The notes beneath the pieces are model-generated. The model made no database searches and was not told where the DNA came from. It saw only the letters and a program-made list of their open reading frames with translations. Shown here in pieces: positions 1-7,869 of a stretch of DNA of 11,409 bases (positions within the stretch are counted from its first letter, which is position 1; the number at the start of each line of letters is the position of its first letter). Location: assembly GCA_027491395.1 (NCBI GenBank), contig JAOZFI010000027.1:1-11409 (forward strand). The letters are read 5' to 3'. A program made the translations under genes and the position numbers. Source of the DNA: Thermoproteota archaeon (lineage in GTDB: Archaea > Korarchaeota > Korarchaeia > Korarchaeales > Korarchaeaceae).

Positions 1-329
1 TACCATCGCTTCTCAGCCAGATTAGCGATTAGGGGTCCAGCGTCACCTCTAAACCTTACAGCGAAGCACCGCTGTCCCTTCACAACGCTACCCCGCTTTT
101 AACAGCTAAGCCGGCTCATCCTGTACAAACCTGTACCTTCCTTATCCTCATGGCCCTAACGCCTAGTAAGGCCAAACTGGCTGACGCACCTCAAGCTTAA
201 GCCCAAAAGTATGAGAAGGGCGTAGGCTAACCGACAGATCCGTTTTCTTATGGAGTTGAAGGCTCTCCTTCATTTCTACATGACATCAGCGGACCCCCTT
301 GCTTAAACAAGCCTTAAGTTGGCAGCACC
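1..329 (-). mobile_element. Degenerate IS6-family insertion sequence relic (left end plus frameshifted transposase N-terminus)
   Basis: Across frameshifts and stops the minus strand reads KKTDLSV / AYALL..LGLSLR (LGLSLR at 189-206) / HE-IRK-VQ (about 130-155) / SVVKGQRCF. This follows the archaeal IS6 HTH pattern 'LYxxGLSLR...SHxAIxKWVQ...DExVVK'. A TIR-like end GGTGCTGCCAACTTAAGG (312-329, minus) matches the end at 8356-8373 at 14/18. Confidence 0.5.
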
Positions 330-458
330 CCCTGAACCGCCTTGAGGAGGCCTAGAAGGGTGGGATGAGCTTCTTAGCCGGGGGAATTAGGGTATCCAAG
401 AGAACTATACCATCCGCTCGACGCGTGAGTATAGACAAGCCACTACCTCGCGCGATAT

Positions 459-896
459 CTACTGCAGGCGACTCAACTCACTCGATGAGAGGACCTTCAC
501 GGTCTTTCCTACCTTCTCGAGAAACTCCCTACCTTTAATCTTCCTAGCTAGTCTTTCATCATCCGTAATCAGAGGTAAATCCCTTTCCATCGCTACCATC
601 ACATAAGAAGCGTCATAGAAAGTGATGCCCGTCTTAACAGCTAGGTCGAGTATTCTCTCCCACTCCGAGGGATCTATCACCTCCATCCTCCCGAAAACAA
701 GTTCTAGAGTTTCCTGCACGTATTTGGCCTCATCAGGCTTTAAGGTTCCTCTCAATCTGACTTCCTTCCAAAGAACGTTTCCAACTTCATAGGGCGTGAG
801 GGAAAGGATTGCGTTCCCCTCCAGTAGATCCAAGCATCTGTCTTTTTCCCTCCTCACGAGGTTCATCAGAGCGGAAGTATCGAAGAGGACAGTCAT
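459..896 (-). CDS. vapC: PIN-domain ribonuclease toxin (VapC family)
   Basis: 145 aa with the PIN acidic residues intact: LFDTSAL, YEVGNVLW, TFYDASY, LITDDERL. ATGA overlap with the upstream antitoxin. Confidence 0.93.
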   Translation of the reverse strand: MTVLFDTSALMNLVRREKDRCLDLLEGNAILSLTPYEVGNVLWKEVRLRGTLKPDEAKYVQETLELVFGRMEVIDPSEWERILDLAVKTGITFYDASYVMVAMERDLPLITDDERLARKIKGREFLEKVGKTVKVLSSSELSRLQ

Positions 897-1117
897 CTCT
901 CATCCCTGCTCTCCCTAATGACTTCAGCAATTTCCTCGGCGGGAATCTTACTTAGTATCTCACCAGCCTTCCTCAATCTCTTTAGTAGATACTCCCTTTC
1001 CCTCCTCTCCACTTCCCTTTTCAGCGCCTCTCTCATAACCTCGCTTATGTTTATCCCGTATTTCCTTGCCTTCTCCACTACGCTTCTCTCCACCTTCGCG
1101 GATACGGTAATACTCAT
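893..1117 (-). CDS. vapB: Antitoxin with ribbon-helix-helix DNA-binding domain (VapB, CcdA-like archaeal family)
   Basis: 74 aa. N-terminal beta strand ITVSAKV, then 'EKARKYGINISEVMREAL' and C-terminal 'EEIAEVIRESRDER'. 4-bp overlap with the PIN gene. Confidence 0.88.
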   Translation of the reverse strand: MSITVSAKVERSVVEKARKYGINISEVMREALKREVERREREYLLKRLRKAGEILSKIPAEEIAEVIRESRDER

Positions 1118-1146
1118 AAGGTAGCACCAAGCAGGTAATCCCGTTA

Positions 1147-1163
1147 TGAAAATAAAAGGGTTG
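1147..1163 (-). promoter_or_regulatory. Putative BRE/TATA promoter of vapBC
   Basis: Minus strand CAACCCTTTTATTTTCA, about 30-45 bp upstream of the vapB ATG (1117), in otherwise GC-balanced DNA. Confidence 0.5.
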
Positions 1164-1638
1164 CCTCTGACCCCAAGTTCCCAGATAGAGTACGTTGGGT
1201 CGGCTAAAAGTAACGATTTCTAGGGATTTGTGAGGAGAGCTAATAACGGATGTTCCGAGAAGTCGCAAGTTCCTTACGTTAGGATGCAAGTCGGCCTGAG
1301 CCGCTACGGGATCATCCTTCCGCGTCAACTACGTCTCAGCTCGCCGTCCCTCATCACCTTCTGGGCGGACTGGGTGTAGCCCCGACTAGGATAGCGGAGT
1401 CCTTCCCTTCTCTACGTACCTCCTGATAACGTCGGAGTCTGCTATGCAGGCCTCTCGTAGAAGAGTTAGGCGAGGACCTCTAGATCGTCCCTGTACCCGG
1501 GCATCTCCTTATGAGGTCGAGGGCTATCTTCACTTCTCGCCACATACTTCCTGAGGTAACCGGTAACGCCCCTACAAGGACCCCCCTCATCCCGGGAGTT
1601 GTCCATACCTAACTTGTAACCACGGAGAAGTTGCTTGA

Positions 1639-1961
1639 TCAGAGAATCACTTGGACGCTTATACTGTTATCGCCAATGACCCGTTTACCCAATGATCTAG
1701 CTTCTCTCCCATGACTGTGACCGTAACCCACGAAGTAATTTGTACCTGAAGTCCCCTAGAACCCGCTCAAGAGGGGACTCCCTTGATAGGCTCTGAAAAG
1801 GAACCCCTGTCCCTAACCAGTAACTCCTCTCTGGGTACGTGATGCATGACCACTATGGCATCTCCGACACTCAAAAGCCTCTCCCTTAATAGATCTGCGT
1901 TCATCTAGGCGAACTCTTGGTCTGAAAAGGGGAGCTCACCATCTCTCCTATAATCCCCCAT
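1639..1961 (-). pseudogene. Calcineurin-like metallophosphoesterase, C-terminal half relic
   Basis: Minus strand: LPFSDQEFA*MNADLLRERLLSVGDAIVVMHHVPREELL (MHHVP at 1833-1847). After a frameshift: FLFRAYQGSPLL (AYQGSP at 1774-1791), *, then YFVGYGHSHGR (GHSH at 1711-1722). HHxP and GHxH are metallophosphoesterase metal-binding motifs in the correct order. Confidence 0.7.
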
Positions 1962-2402
1962 TGAGGACGGGTTTTAGAGCCGATATCGCCTCCATCCCCT
2001 ACAGTTACTGATCAGGCCGGATACGCTCCCTTCCTGTAGCATATAGGGGAGAGGCTGGGAGAGATAGAGGGTTGTTGGACTCATTGCTGACACAGCCTGG
2101 TGAGATCGTCACAAACCCTCATCCGTGACACGGTGTTATATCGACTTAAGGGGGCAACTTGACCGGCCGAATCTCATCCTATTATCCACGTGACGAATCG
2201 AAAGCGGTTTCACCCTAACGGTCATTTCCTTAGAAGACAGATCCTTTATTTTAGAATCGCCTGCCTTTTTGGTGATGCTCGGACATTAGCAACTGCGGGA
2301 ATAGCTCCCTCCCGTGAGGAAGCATGCGAGCCGTTGATGGTCGGCTAGTTAAGGACACTTATATGATCCAATCGACAAACAAAAAGAAGCTAGCGTTTCC
2401 AC

Positions 2403-2500
2403 TTATCTTTTTACGACCTTATTAGTCTCCTCAGCCATCTCTACAGCCTTTCTTCGCTCTCCTCATATCTAGTCAACGCACGTTAGGTCTCTTGCAACTG
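2403..2500 (-). pseudogene. HEPN-domain C-terminal relic
   Basis: Minus strand reads LTRYEE, then after a frameshift RKAVEMAEETNKVVKR*. This resembles 'VTRYP...EEEADRAVKIAEEVVSYVE' of the intact HEPN at 8750-9160. The match is short. Confidence 0.4.
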
Positions 2501-2593
2501 GAAGGTCCGCCTTGGGAGCGTTTAGGTCTTTCGATTAGCGAACGAAGCCACGCGGAAGGATGAGATCTAAGAGAGGGAAAGACAGCAGATCCC

Positions 2594-2890
2594 TTATCCC
2601 ACTACCTCCACCCTGAACTCGGGCTCCACCTACTTTATGTAAAGGAAGTGTTTGTCCTTCGTGAGGAGCTTCAGGTCCCTCCTTATGCATATGGCTGCGA
2701 TGAGCACATCTATGGCCGGAACCGGCTTGCCCACTTCCCTCAACTTCACCATTATCTCTATGGACTTAAGGAAGTCTTCCCTCTTAGGGAACAGGACCCT
2801 GCTTGGAGGCCGGAGGGTACTCTATGACGTTGAATATCGTGGTGAGACCCTCCTTCCCTCTATTAGTAGGTTAGTGTCCAGAACCTCCAT
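2594..2890 (-). pseudogene. vapC: Disrupted short PIN-domain (VapC) toxin
   Basis: MEVLDTNLLIEGRR / frameshift near 2848 / GLTTIFNVIEYPPASK / frameshift near 2801 / RVLFPKREDFLKSIEIMVKLREVGKPVPAIDVLIAAICIRRDLKLLTKDKHFLYIK*VEPEFRVEVVG*. PIN motifs LDTN, IEY, IDVLIAA and TKDKHF are present. TAG stops in the start frame at 2822-2824 and 2630-2632. Lies directly downstream of an antitoxin. Confidence 0.88.
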
Positions 2891-2930
2891 AGCCTTCACC
2901 TCAAGAATGTCCTCAAGCGGTCCCAACCCT

Positions 2931-3170
2931 TCACCTGTAGTTCCTAAGCGAAACGACCCTCTCCGAGAACTTCTTCCACTCTAGCCTCTCAATCTTCTCT
3001 CTGACCTCTTCGGGAAGCTCGTTCAGTATTTCCTCACCTGACACCTCATCCTCCAGCTCTAGCAAGTACCTCCTTATGGCCTTCCTGGCCACCTCGCTCC
3101 ACTTGATCTCTGGGTGCCTTCTCATCCTCTCCAGCAGGTCCTCAGGGATGCTTAGTGTAATATGTGGCAT
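2931..3170 (-). CDS. RHH-type antitoxin (VapB-like), 79 aa; start revised from 3272 to ATG 3170
   Basis: MPHITLSIPEDLLERMRRHPEIKWSEVARKAI is a typical archaeal RHH antitoxin N-terminus. A TATA-like AAACTTATTTTA lies about 27 bp upstream of ATG 3170, inside the ORF-track extension. Confidence 0.85.
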   Translation of the reverse strand: MPHITLSIPEDLLERMRRHPEIKWSEVARKAIRRYLLELEDEVSGEEILNELPEEVREKIERLEWKKFSERVVSLRNYR

Positions 3171-3178
3171 TATGTAAA

Positions 3179-3204
3179 TTACTTGATACAGGTAAAATAA
3201 GTTT
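3179..3204 (-). promoter_or_regulatory. TATA box plus palindromic operator of the second TA operon
   Basis: Imperfect inverted repeat TTACTTG-ATA-CAGGTAA (3179-3195), abutting or overlapping the TATA-like AAACTTATTTTA (minus, about 3193-3204). Spacing fits a leaderless transcript. Confidence 0.55.
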
Positions 3205-3455
3205 ATGCCACGTTTTTTAGCAGGCCCTACCCAACTTCTCCGAAGCGCCCAGCTGAAGAGGATTGTCCCCATCGCCCCTGAGCGAGGATCCCGTTAGCGG
3301 CATCTAGTGCGCCCCAGGGGCTCAATGGGCCATTGAGACAATGAGAAATGGGAACACAATCCAACGTGATACGGTCGCTTAATCCCTTACCACTTCCTCA
3401 GCTCGTCCATCAAGAAGGCCGTCGAATATATATCGAGCCACCGGTGAAAGGTTTG

Positions 3456-4583
3456 GTGAACACGTCAGCTCTGATCACCTTCACGGTGCTAGCCTTCACG
3501 GGCTCCCTCGCCACTAGGTTGCTGACTCCTGCCCTTTCCTTCTTCCTGAGGGAAGGGTTGAGGGCTTCCTTCTTTGGAGTGTCAACGCTCACCTCTGGTT
3601 ACATGCTTGGCCGCTCCCTTACGGCATACTTCAGCGGGAGGGCGGGGAGGAGGTGGAGGCACCTCCCCTCCCTGTGCCTCGTCCTCAACGCTCTTTTGAT
3701 CCTACTATACCCCCTAGCTAGAAGGTGGTATGAGGTCGCTGGACTGAGCTTCCTTCAGGGAGCTCTGATGGGCCTCACCTGGCCCCTCATCCAGTACTCG
3801 GTGATGGCCTCAGTTGGAGAGGGTAGAGTGGGGAGGGCAATATCCATCTACTTCTTCGTAGGATCTTTAGCCGGTCCTGTCGGTGACGCAGTCTACGGGG
3901 TCCTCTTCAGCACCTCCCCCGTGTCGACCGTGGTGCTGGCCTCCTTCTCACTCTACGTCCTTTCCTCACTCCTCGCCTATTTTGGATCCCTGAACGTTCA
4001 GGTGAAAGTAGAGAAAAGGGAGCGGGTGCGTGGTGAGGGGGATGCCCACTGGCTGCTAGTGCTGGGGTTCGGAATGGGGGGCATGGCCAGCTTGGTGGGC
4101 TCCTCAATCGTCTACGTCTTACTGAGAGAGTGGTTTGCGCTCAGCAAGGGGATAGCCGCCCTGTTACTGAGCTTGGTGGGAGGGCTATCGATAGGATCCA
4201 AGTTGATCTCGGGCTACGCCTTGGACGAGGTTGGCGCCAACACGATCCTGAAGTCCCTCGCCGCCCTCTTGGTTATCGGTACGCTGCTTACAGGAGTGAA
4301 GAGCCTACCTCTCTTCCTCATTGGCCTATCTATAATCTCCATGGTCGTCGGAGCATTCATACCCGCATCGAGGGCCATCGCTTATGCCTTCCCCAATCCA
4401 GCATCAGCAGTTGGGAGGCTAAACTCCTTCGGGAACATTGGAACTGTTACTGGCCTTCTAGCGATAGGCGCTGGGATAGATTTGCTTCCCTTCCTCGGTT
4501 TTAAATGGTTCTCACCTCTTATAGTCTTCATTGGACCGTTCGCCCTCATGGTAATCGTATCAACGCTTAAGCTCTCCCTGTGA
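3456..4583 (+). CDS. Major facilitator superfamily transporter (substrate unknown); likely start GTG 3456 rather than ATG 3348
   Basis: About 12 hydrophobic segments in two halves with a charged central loop (KVEKRERVRGEG). Motif-A-like loops SGRAGRR and SGYALDEVG, plus 'FLQGALMGLTWP' and 'GRAISIYF'. GGTGA RBS at 3443-3447 and TATA-like AATATATA at 3425-3432. Confidence 0.88.
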   Translation: MNTSALITFTVLAFTGSLATRLLTPALSFFLREGLRASFFGVSTLTSGYMLGRSLTAYFSGRAGRRWRHLPSLCLVLNALLILLYPLARRWYEVAGLSFLQGALMGLTWPLIQYSVMASVGEGRVGRAISIYFFVGSLAGPVGDAVYGVLFSTSPVSTVVLASFSLYVLSSLLAYFGSLNVQVKVEKRERVRGEGDAHWLLVLGFGMGGMASLVGSSIVYVLLREWFALSKGIAALLLSLVGGLSIGSKLISGYALDEVGANTILKSLAALLVIGTLLTGVKSLPLFLIGLSIISMVVGAFIPASRAIAYAFPNPASAVGRLNSFGNIGTVTGLLAIGAGIDLLPFLGFKWFSPLIVFIGPFALMVIVSTLKLSL

Positions 4584-5276
4584 ACCTCAAGCGATGCGAT
4601 TCAGGATCGAACAGCCGGTTTTCACTTCACGATTTATGAGGTGACAGCGCATGAACGCATGGAGGAGGTGTGATCCACGAGACTGAAGGACGTATTATCA
4701 GGAAGGGAGGCACGATAGATACGACCTCAGGCGGGATCGCTTCCAATAGAACCTGAAACCTAGAGATAAGCAGAGGACGATCATATTAGTTTCGATGATT
4801 CGACCCATGAGCATCTAGCCGGCGTCCTTTCTTTACAATCCTAAAACTTTCCTAGGTTAGTTTCCTTGTAGCAAGGGCGCTCAGCCCGATATCCTGTACA
4901 CTTTCATTGAGAAACTATATTGACCATTTCACGGGCATACCGATGATCGCTTTGCCAACGATGGGGATCTAGCATGGTTCCCATTAATAAAGCGGACGAT
5001 TAGACGTGCTCCTAGTTAATAGGGGAGTTCCAGACTTCTGTTGAGGGCCTGCTCAAGCTCTACTTCAGTAGTAGTGACGAGGAAGCGGCTCTTTCTTACC
5101 GTCACCATGGGGCCGCCTGATTAATGAGTAGGTCCGCTGGGGCGATCCCAGATAGCCAAGTATCACTCGGAGGACGAAGTTCCTGCTTTAGAGGAAGGTT
5201 ATAGGGGTATAGCGATCTCATTACTCCGCAGCATCACTCAAGGACCCAGCCGATAACCTCACGTCAACCGATTATC

Positions 5277-5310
5277 TGAAAACTTTCTTAATTGTAATCT
5301 TATTAATTCG
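5277..5310 (+). promoter_or_regulatory. AT-rich promoter region of the surface-protein operon
   Basis: GAAAACTTTCTTAATTGTAATCTTATTAATTCG, 20-50 bp upstream of 5330. Contains the inverted repeat TTAAT-N9-ATTAA. Confidence 0.45.
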
Positions 5311-5329
5311 TTTCAGTGAAGAAGGCTGG

Positions 5330-6049
5330 GTGATCATGGTGAGCGGCAAGATCGCCTTCATCATGATCGTTGTTGGCGCCCTAATACTGATCTACACAGG
5401 GTACCTCTACCTTCAAGGTTCTCAAGAAGGGCAGGGACCTGCATCAACCACCCAGGTAACCAAGTCTAAAGAGAAGCCGAAGTTTAAGCAGAAGCCGGGA
5501 AAGAAGGCCAGACCTAATGGAACCGAGACCAAACCAACCAAGCACAGGGGCTCGGTTAGGCCCTCAAGTAATCCCACTTCAAGCTCTCCTGAGGGAGAAA
5601 ACCCCTCGTATGAGACCGGGATATTCCGCTACAACTGGTTGAAGTACGAGGTAATCGTTAGAGGAAACCGTATCAGGTACACCCTGGAAAACCTCGGAGA
5701 GGATCTGGTAAACGGCAGGAGGTGCTACCACCAGAGGGTGTCTGTGGAGGGGCCCCAGACCAGCGAAATGGAGGTATGGTATGATAAAAACACAGGAAGG
5801 TGTGTTAAGGCCTCGATAGAGATACCTGGAGTGGGAAGGAAGGATGTACCGTGCTCTCAAGCCTCCCAGATGCCGGTGAGTGGAGAAGGGATGAGGTACG
5901 TCGGGGAGGAGAGGATCTCCGTACCCGCGGGCACCTTCGACTGTTGGGTATTCCAGGGTTCCAATTACAAGGCCTGGATCTCCAAGGAGGGGTTGCTGGT
6001 TAAGTGGGTCTCCGGCGAGTCTGAGGGCATCCTCATCGGATACGGGTGA
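5330..6049 (+). CDS. Membrane-anchored extracellular hypothetical protein with a beta-rich domain ('VPAGTFDC' motif)
   Basis: N-terminal TM helix (IAFIMIVVGALILIYTGYLY), K/P/S/T-rich linker, then two related beta units ending in 'YVGEERISVPAGTFDCW...KAWIS..GLLVK'. The start could be GTG 5330 or ATG 5336. Confidence 0.8.
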   Translation: MIMVSGKIAFIMIVVGALILIYTGYLYLQGSQEGQGPASTTQVTKSKEKPKFKQKPGKKARPNGTETKPTKHRGSVRPSSNPTSSSPEGENPSYETGIFRYNWLKYEVIVRGNRIRYTLENLGEDLVNGRRCYHQRVSVEGPQTSEMEVWYDKNTGRCVKASIEIPGVGRKDVPCSQASQMPVSGEGMRYVGEERISVPAGTFDCWVFQGSNYKAWISKEGLLVKWVSGESEGILIGYG

Positions 6050-6054
6050 CTTAA

Positions 6055-7692
6055 ATGCCTGTACCTCTAAGCATCAGACTCTCTGGCTGCGTGATCTTGC
6101 TCCTATCCTTGCTAATTACTGGCAACGCGACGGCCGCAGGGCCCCTCACCATAACTCCGGTGGCCGACTCGAGCATAATCCACGGAGAGGATAACGAGGG
6201 AAACGTGTTGGACGGGAAGAACTACGGGAGCGACTCCACCCTGTTTTTAGGGAAGATGTGGAAGCTGACCTTGGGAAGCTCGAGCAGCATGAACCTGCTC
6301 TACGTAGGTAGGATTGTCCTGAACTTCCCCCTCACCTCGGTGTCCTGCCCCGTTGGTAGGGCTGAACTAGTTCTAAGGGCGAAGGAGGGCAGGAATATCA
6401 TGGTGAGGGTTTACCCATTAAAGAAGGGATTTGTCGAGGGAGAAGTCACTTGGGAGGAGGCTAAAAGGGGGGACCCTTGGAGCGGAGGCGAGTACGACGC
6501 ATCCGAGCAGCTCGATCATGGGTACTACTCAGAGCTGAAGGATGGAGATGAGATTAGGCTTGACGTCACCGAATGGGTTAGGTCCAATAAAATGAGCGTG
6601 CCTAACGGCCTCATACTCGATTCTGGGGGGTCAGGTGGCTACGCTCGTTTCTACAGCAAGGAATCCACTTACCCGCCTAGGATAGAAGTGACTTGCGCCA
6701 CCCTACCAGCGCCTGGAGTGCCCCCTCCAATCACGACCAGTACAAAGAGTTCAACCACCGTGACCTCCTCTTCGTCGACCACCACGGTCACATCGTCCAC
6801 GTCGCCCCCCACTACCTCTGCCCCAACTACATCCGGCCCGCCTACTGCTCCGACGGAATTCCACCTCAGGGTCCGTCCGGCCTACCTGCAGCTGGTGAGG
6901 GGATTCGAGGGAAATGTGCTCATAGATCTGATCTCCGCCTCGCCGACTAGAGTATATCTTAGGGTGATCTGTCCTTCCGCAATTCAGTGCTCCCTCTCTA
7001 AGACTAGCGGCACAGCTCCGTTCTCTTCAAACCTCACTATAGGCAGCAGGGGGGCCGGAGAGGGGAGCTACGAGATAAGAATTATCGGAGAGTCGTCGAC
7101 GGGAAGTAGGGAGAGGGTCGTGAGGGTGAGGGTTGTCAGAGCTGTGAGCCCTTACTTCACCCTAGAGGTCTCCCCGCCCCTCGTGGAAGTTGAACCGGGA
7201 GATGAAGTGATCCTCAAAGTTAACGTCACCGGGCTGGGCGGGTTCAACGACACTGTGAAGCTGGAGGTGAGGCCCAAGGTGGTGAGCGTGGACCCACCTG
7301 CCGGGGTCCCGCCGTTCGAGTCGATCGTCAGGCTCAAAGTACCTAAGGGAGCGAGGCCCGGTCTATTGGTGGTGAGGGTGGCGGGCAGGAGTGGGAAGGT
7401 CACCGTGGTAGACGAGGCATCCGTCGTAATCAAGAAGGGAGGAAGCGAGCGAACTAAGACAGCTCGAAGTTTCACTGCCCAAGAATCGGTTCGCGGCGAG
7501 GAAACTCCAAATGCCCCGGTCGGCACTACTCAAGGTAGAGGAATAACCACTGTCAGCTCCAGGAATACAACTCAAAAAGGAACGACTAGCGAAAGAGTGG
7601 TGAAGGAAAGGACCTACTTGTGGGGACTTGCGTTGTTGGGGGCTCTGATACTACTGCTAGGGGTGCTGCTGGTGAAGTACAGGAGATCCTAG
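6055..7692 (+). CDS. Cell-surface protein: signal peptide, DNRLRE/CBM96-like domain, S/T/P-rich stalk, two Ig-like repeats, C-terminal TM anchor
   Basis: Signal peptide ending ATA-AG. Motifs 'ITPVADSSI', 'NYGSDSTLFLG', 'AELVL', 'EGEVTW', 'LDVTEWV', 'NGLIL' and 'FYSKE...PPRIEV' are typical of DNRLRE domains. T/S tract, then repeats 'F.L.V.P....V..G...G.PPF.S.L.I/V'. C-terminal LWGLALLGALILLLGVLLVKYRRS. Starts 5 bp after the previous stop. Confidence 0.82.
   Translation: MPVPLSIRLSGCVILLLSLLITGNATAAGPLTITPVADSSIIHGEDNEGNVLDGKNYGSDSTLFLGKMWKLTLGSSSSMNLLYVGRIVLNFPLTSVSCPVGRAELVLRAKEGRNIMVRVYPLKKGFVEGEVTWEEAKRGDPWSGGEYDASEQLDHGYYSELKDGDEIRLDVTEWVRSNKMSVPNGLILDSGGSGGYARFYSKESTYPPRIEVTCATLPAPGVPPPITTSTKSSTTVTSSSSTTTVTSSTSPPTTSAPTTSGPPTAPTEFHLRVRPAYLQLVRGFEGNVLIDLISASPTRVYLRVICPSAIQCSLSKTSGTAPFSSNLTIGSRGAGEGSYEIRIIGESSTGSRERVVRVRVVRAVSPYFTLEVSPPLVEVEPGDEVILKVNVTGLGGFNDTVKLEVRPKVVSVDPPAGVPPFESIVRLKVPKGARPGLLVVRVAGRSGKVTVVDEASVVIKKGGSERTKTARSFTAQESVRGEETPNAPVGTTQGRGITTVSSRNTTQKGTTSERVVKERTYLWGLALLGALILLLGVLLVKYRRS
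6732..6857 (+). repeat. Low-complexity Thr/Ser/Pro linker (TTSTKSSTTVTSSSSTTTVTSSTSPPTTSAPTTSGPPTAPT)
   Basis: Imperfect protein-level repeats STTVTSS x2 and PTTS x2 within the CDS. Confidence 0.7.
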
Positions 7693-7869
7693 GTCTGCCC
7701 ATCGTTAGCCCTTCAGAGAGGAACGTAAAGTCCTCCCGTTCAGATCAGCCCTCAAAACTTGGGGCTCACCAGCCTCAACTCCCCCCGGGGAGCGAATAGG
7801 CCTTGTCCCCAATTTGACCTCGAGTCCCCGCGTCTGGGAAGTGTTGAGCGCCTAAAGATAAAGATTTCA

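Noticed and set aside
918-1328. ORFs 918-1124 (+) and 960-1328 (-)
   Set aside because: Antisense or alternative-frame overlaps of vapB.
1336-1357. C/D-box-like GTGATGA-N11-CTGA on the minus strand
   Set aside because: Only one C/D pair. No properly spaced second pair, and no rRNA/tRNA target I can recognise.
2133-2151. Possible fourth IS6-like end (GTTATATCGACTTAAGG)
   Set aside because: Only about 12/16 similar to the other ends, with no convincing transposase fragments next to it.
1312-2563. Exact 14-bp inverted repeat TCATCCTTCCGCGT / ACGCGGAAGGATGA bracketing the pseudogene stretch
   Set aside because: A rough expectation for one 14-mer inverted match in 11.4 kb is about 0.2. It does not extend, and there is no target-site duplication or internal transposase.
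2630-2632. In-frame TAG in vapC as possible pyrrolysine or readthrough
   Set aside because: The gene also has two frameshifts, so ordinary pseudogenisation is the simpler explanation.
2652-2984. 110-aa + strand ORF
   Set aside because: Antisense shadow of the vapC pseudogene and antitoxin; no recognisable motifs.
3171-3455. N-terminal extensions of the antitoxin (to 3272) and the MFS (from 3348)
   Set aside because: Both extensions run through TATA/RBS elements that fit the shorter starts, and neither looks like part of its family.
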